Positions 16,793-20,358 of a stretch of 20,358 nucleotides of DNA are shown piece after piece. Every line of letters starts with the position of its first letter. Positions within the stretch are counted from its first letter, which is position 1. The translations under genes were made by a program, and so were the position numbers. The stretch covers positions 12,638 to 32,995 of the forward strand of contig CAYYQL010000030.1 of assembly GCA_964473825.1 (NCBI GenBank), given 5' to 3'. The notes beneath the pieces were generated by a model that saw nothing but the letters and a program-made list of their open reading frames with translations, had not been told where the DNA came from and did no database searches. The DNA is from an uncultured archaeon. Its GTDB lineage: Archaea > Asgardarchaeota > Thorarchaeia > Thorarchaeales > Thorarchaeaceae.

Positions 16793-19426
16793 CTATGCAC
16801 CTGACTCTGACTTGTCCTCTAGCATTGCTTCTATCTTGCCAACCTTGTCTCTGAGGTCTCGGTTCTCCTTCTCCAGTTCTTCGATACTCTTCTTGACGGA
16901 CTCGATTTCCGTGTTCTTCTTCTTCGATGAGAGCTTCCGTATCGCCTCTCTGGAGTATCGTACAACGGACGAATCAGCAGAACTCTCCGCGAGCCTTCTC
17001 AATAGAGGAATCAACGTAGCGTTCTCGTACTCCTTCGTTGCCAAGATAGCGGCAATCTGTACGCGGTAGGACCTGTCACTGAGAAGGGTCTCTAGATGGT
17101 CCTTGACCTCGGGATGCTCCTTCTTGTATCGTTTCCCGATTCGGGCCAATCCCTTGGGGACAATGCGTCTGAGATAGTCATTCACTCCCGTTTTCATATA
17201 CGTATAGAGGACATCGATGACCTCACTCTTCTCAGTCTCAATGAGTCCGTTGAGATAGCCCTGTCTCACAATCTCATGCCAGCTCTCTTTCACGTTATCA
17301 ACTCCCTCTTGGAGAATATCAAATGACCTCTCATGCTGAAGCTTGCCAATGGAGGCTGCAGCAGACGATGGTACGAAGTAGCTCTCTTTGTCCGTTAGTA
17401 GCCCTTCAAGTGCTGCCAATGCCCGATCATTCTGGTAGAAGTCACCGAGAGCACGTGATACTGCCGTTCTTGCCTTTGTGTTCTGAATACCCGTTCCTCT
17501 GAGAAGCTGATCAAGCGCTGACTCTGTCTTCATCGAGCCAAGCACCTTTGCAATCTCTGACTGAACTCCCCAGAACTCCTCTGCAACTAGCGCGTCTCCC
17601 AGAGCCTCCACTGCCTTTGGCGTGTTCTTCTTACCAAGAGCCTGAGCGGCCTTGATGCGTTGAATCACGTTGACACCATGATGCAACTGCTCAATCCACA
17701 TCTGTTCAGGTTTCTCAATCTTCCAGTCCATGAGCACCGCATAGTCCGGATCCACAATGGTCTGTCGGGGGCGTACGGATAATGGATAGTAGAAGCTGTT
17801 GACCCGCTTGTTGACCTGGACAGTATAACGATTCCGTTCACCATCACCGCTGACAAACTCGACGGTCAGGGGGAACCTGAAGACCTCGGGCGTCATATTG
17901 TCTTCATGTTCCTGAGTCTGCTCTATCCGAACCATTGCGTGTCCCAATTCATCGTCATAGGAGCATTTGATTTTACACTGGGGGTATCCTGCCTTGTACA
18001 ACCACTGCTCAAAGAACCAACCGTAGTCCTCCCCGGTCATCTCAGTGAACAGGGCCTCTAAATCGTGTGTGTAGACTGATTGATGGGCATACCTGGTCAA
18101 CCACTCACCTAGAATCTCCCACCATTGCTCTTCTCCAACCAAGTGCTTCAGCATGTAGTATCGCCAAGCGGCCCCGGGATAGAGGTGCCTATCGAAGACA
18201 TCGGAACCCCGTTCCCACTCATTCTGCACGATAGGCCGGCGATACTTCTTCACGTCTTCCTCAAAGTAGGACTTCTGCTTCCCATACTGCTCATAGAGAT
18301 ACTCGTCAAATCCCTTGTCGTGACGCTTCCACTCGTTCTGCATCTGAGTGCCCCAACCCTCGTTGAGCCAGCCATGTGACCATGTCCTGCAGGTGACCAA
18401 GTCCCCGCCCCACATGTGCGCGAGTTCGTGGGCGACTAACCCGTCCGAATCGAAGTCCTTGTGAGCTTTCTCATCGTGGAGTGTTGCATCTGTCTGTGTG
18501 GTCGCACTGACATTCTCCATGCCTCCAATGACAAAGTTGGCTGCGGTGACCTGAGCATATTTCGCCCAAGGGTACTTGACCCCCAGGCTTTTTTCGAAGA
18601 ACCGAATCATCTCGGGGGTCTTTCCAAAGGACCGGTAGACGGTATCTCTTTCCCACTTCTTGTGAGCGTAGTAACTGACCTCCAGCCCATCAAGGGTTTC
18701 CTTGTATGCAACATATTCCGATGTGGCCACGGTCATCAGATAGGCAGGAATCGGCAACTCTTGGACCCAATGGAACGTTTCAGTCCCATTATCATTCTTC
18801 TCTCTGCTCTTGAGCGTCCCATTACTCATGGCAAAGTAACCATCAGGCACGGTGATGATGGCCTCGAAGGGGAACTTGTGACTGGGATTATCATACACCG
18901 GTACGACGAAGCGAGCCATATCATCCTGCATCTGTGTCCATGCACTGCACTCGATATCGGGAAACTCTGGACACGGATTCGTGAAGTAGAGCCCCGCTCG
19001 CGGATGGTCGATGACGTAGACGAAGGTGACCTCCTCCTCTTCACCCTCCCCAAGGTCGCTATCGAGATAGACAAGCAGCTCTTGTTCATCAGACTTTATA
19101 TCCCACTCAAGCTCCCTCCCCTCCGAGTCCTGTACGGACTGGATATCCAGTTCGGCAGCATGCAGTCGCAGTCTCCTAAGGTCTGGGCTTCGAGACCGTA
19201 TTCGAAGTGTAGAGATCGCATCAACCCGTTCTTTCTCGATATTCATCTCCCAGTCAATCTTAAGGTGGGCTATGTCATAATGCCGCGCTGGCGCCCATTG
19301 TGGTTTGGCTGTTGGGAAGACAAACGACTCCCTCTCGTCAGCACGCAGCTTGGCCACTTCATGGTGGTTCCCACGCATCAGGGACTCTAAGTAGTCATGA
19401 AAATCAGTCATTGTATCGTACTCCAT
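16793..19426 (-). CDS. pepN: M1 family aminopeptidase with C-terminal HEAT repeats and coiled coil
   Basis: GGMEN exopeptidase motif, HELAH-x18-E (WLNEG) Zn site, HEAT-like repeats (AAQALG, IAKVLG, VSRALG, AAASIG), terminal heptad region. Confidence 0.93.
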   Translation of the reverse strand: MEYDTMTDFHDYLESLMRGNHHEVAKLRADERESFVFPTAKPQWAPARHYDIAHLKIDWEMNIEKERVDAISTLRIRSRSPDLRRLRLHAAELDIQSVQDSEGRELEWDIKSDEQELLVYLDSDLGEGEEEEVTFVYVIDHPRAGLYFTNPCPEFPDIECSAWTQMQDDMARFVVPVYDNPSHKFPFEAIITVPDGYFAMSNGTLKSREKNDNGTETFHWVQELPIPAYLMTVATSEYVAYKETLDGLEVSYYAHKKWERDTVYRSFGKTPEMIRFFEKSLGVKYPWAKYAQVTAANFVIGGMENVSATTQTDATLHDEKAHKDFDSDGLVAHELAHMWGGDLVTCRTWSHGWLNEGWGTQMQNEWKRHDKGFDEYLYEQYGKQKSYFEEDVKKYRRPIVQNEWERGSDVFDRHLYPGAAWRYYMLKHLVGEEQWWEILGEWLTRYAHQSVYTHDLEALFTEMTGEDYGWFFEQWLYKAGYPQCKIKCSYDDELGHAMVRIEQTQEHEDNMTPEVFRFPLTVEFVSGDGERNRYTVQVNKRVNSFYYPLSVRPRQTIVDPDYAVLMDWKIEKPEQMWIEQLHHGVNVIQRIKAAQALGKKNTPKAVEALGDALVAEEFWGVQSEIAKVLGSMKTESALDQLLRGTGIQNTKARTAVSRALGDFYQNDRALAALEGLLTDKESYFVPSSAAASIGKLQHERSFDILQEGVDNVKESWHEIVRQGYLNGLIETEKSEVIDVLYTYMKTGVNDYLRRIVPKGLARIGKRYKKEHPEVKDHLETLLSDRSYRVQIAAILATKEYENATLIPLLRRLAESSADSSVVRYSREAIRKLSSKKKNTEIESVKKSIEELEKENRDLRDKVGKIEAMLEDKSESGA

Positions 19427-19451
19427 TCTTGCAGTATCTCAGTGGAAAAAC

Positions 19452-19686
19452 CGAAACGGTTTATCACTCTGTGGGTTTCTCAGCGGATTACGCACCTTGC
19501 CACCTGGACGATCCCCCTCTGGTCAGTTCACCCATGCAAGCCTTCATTAGGGCAGAGACCATACTCATATTTGCTGCGGTGAAACCGTTCCGGGGGACAC
19601 ACGGTGTCCTACCAGCTCTTATATCACCCATTAGCCCAAATGGTGAATTGGTTGGTTATGAGCCACTTGGAAAGGTTTTTATTCAC
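19452..19686 (+). promoter_or_regulatory. Candidate tandem BRE/TATA promoters upstream of 16S rRNA
   Basis: CGAAACGGTTTATCAC (19452-19467), CAGCTCTTATATCAC (about 19613-19627) and GGAAAGGTTTTTATTCAC (19669-19686). All point toward the rRNA and end in TCAC. Confidence 0.5.
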
Positions 19687-19966
19687 AACAACCGCGGTAC
19701 GATTACTTCGCGTCAATCGGTTTCAGGTCAGATGCCGTCGGCGAGAGCCAAGCGATGACGACCTTGAGTTCCAGACGCGAACACAAGATGCGGACGTGAG
19801 ATAGACCGGTGCGACAGTGCCGGAATCCCCTCAGGTCTAAGATAGGCTCGACAGGGTGCAGGAAAAGGGTAAGAACATTCCCTGCTGACCACGTCAACCT
19901 GTACTTCATTATATTCAAGTGTGCGTCAAACCTGTACTAACTTCCTTGCCAGGAAGTACGAGATCA

Positions 19967-20358
19967 ACTCTAGTTGATCCTGCTAGAGGACACTGCTATT
20001 GGCTTGGGGATAAGACATGCAAGTGTTACGGACTCACATCCGAGTCCGTCGCAAACGGCTCAGTAGTGTCGCTAACCTACCCTGTGGAGGTGGACACCGC
20101 CGGGAAACTGGCGTTAATCCACCGTAGGAGCATTGTTCTGGAAATGATATTGCTCTCATATGGGTGCCCTAGGTATGTTGGGCACTCCGCCACAGGACGG
20201 GGCGGCACTGGATCATACTTGTAAGTGGGGTAATTGCCCACTTAGGTTATGACCCAAACGGGCGATGTAAGTCGTGGCCCGGAGAAGGGCACTGAGACAA
20301 GGGCCCTAGCCCCACGGGGCGCAGCAGTTACGAAACCTCACCAATGCGCGAAAGCGTG
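19967..20358 (+). rRNA. rrs: 16S rRNA, 5' part (continues beyond the window)
   Basis: ACTCTAGTTGATCCTGCTAGAGG 5' end, CATGCAAGT, GGCTCAGTA, GGGAAACTG, CACTGAGACAAGGG, ACGGGGCGCAGCAG, CAATGCGCGAAAGCG landmarks in the archaeal SSU order. Confidence 0.96.

Noticed and set aside
16502-17069. Short ORFs of 65-116 aa between the membrane protein and the aminopeptidase
   Set aside because: Mutually overlapping, with no motifs or convincing SD. The region looks regulatory or is antisense to pepN.
18461-19390. 309-aa + strand ORF
   Set aside because: Antisense shadow of the well-supported M1 aminopeptidase, with no recognisable motifs.
19300-20224. ORFs in the rRNA leader and 16S
   Set aside because: They overlap pepN antisense, the rRNA leader or the rRNA itself, and are not protein-like.
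1-20358. CRISPR array, IS element, SRP or RNase P RNA
   Set aside because: No regularly spaced repeats, transposase motifs or hallmark SRP/RNase P sequences were recognised by eye. An Rfam scan would be needed to exclude divergent RNAs.

Overview
Archaeal core-genome window of about 50% GC. The gene content and style suggest an Asgard lineage such as Thorarchaeia, but that assignment is inference. From left to right it holds: a minus-strand informational operon (METTL5-like methyltransferase, csl4, rpoL, RNase III-like protein, tfs partial) divergent from cdc6/orc1, with ORB-like boxes between them; a SAM methyltransferase; an HDAC/AcuC-family deacetylase; a UroD/MtaA-like gene coupled to polX-PHP; an intron-containing tRNA-Leu(CAA); a wHTH gene, pyrH and valS; two tandem OsmC-family genes; a methyltransferase; DUF302; tRNA-Ala(CGC); a membrane protein/wHTH pair; an M1 aminopeptidase with HEAT repeats; and the 5' part of a strongly divergent 16S rRNA gene. 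The most interesting signal lies in the apparently empty interval 8574-9096. It is a complete small transcription unit (palindromic operator, TATA box, internal SD, 3' double hairpin) encoding two tandem micro-peptides of 34 and 27 aa. The peptides share STKALA[H/Y]AY[C/F], conserved through synonymous codon changes. No CRISPR array or mobile element was seen.
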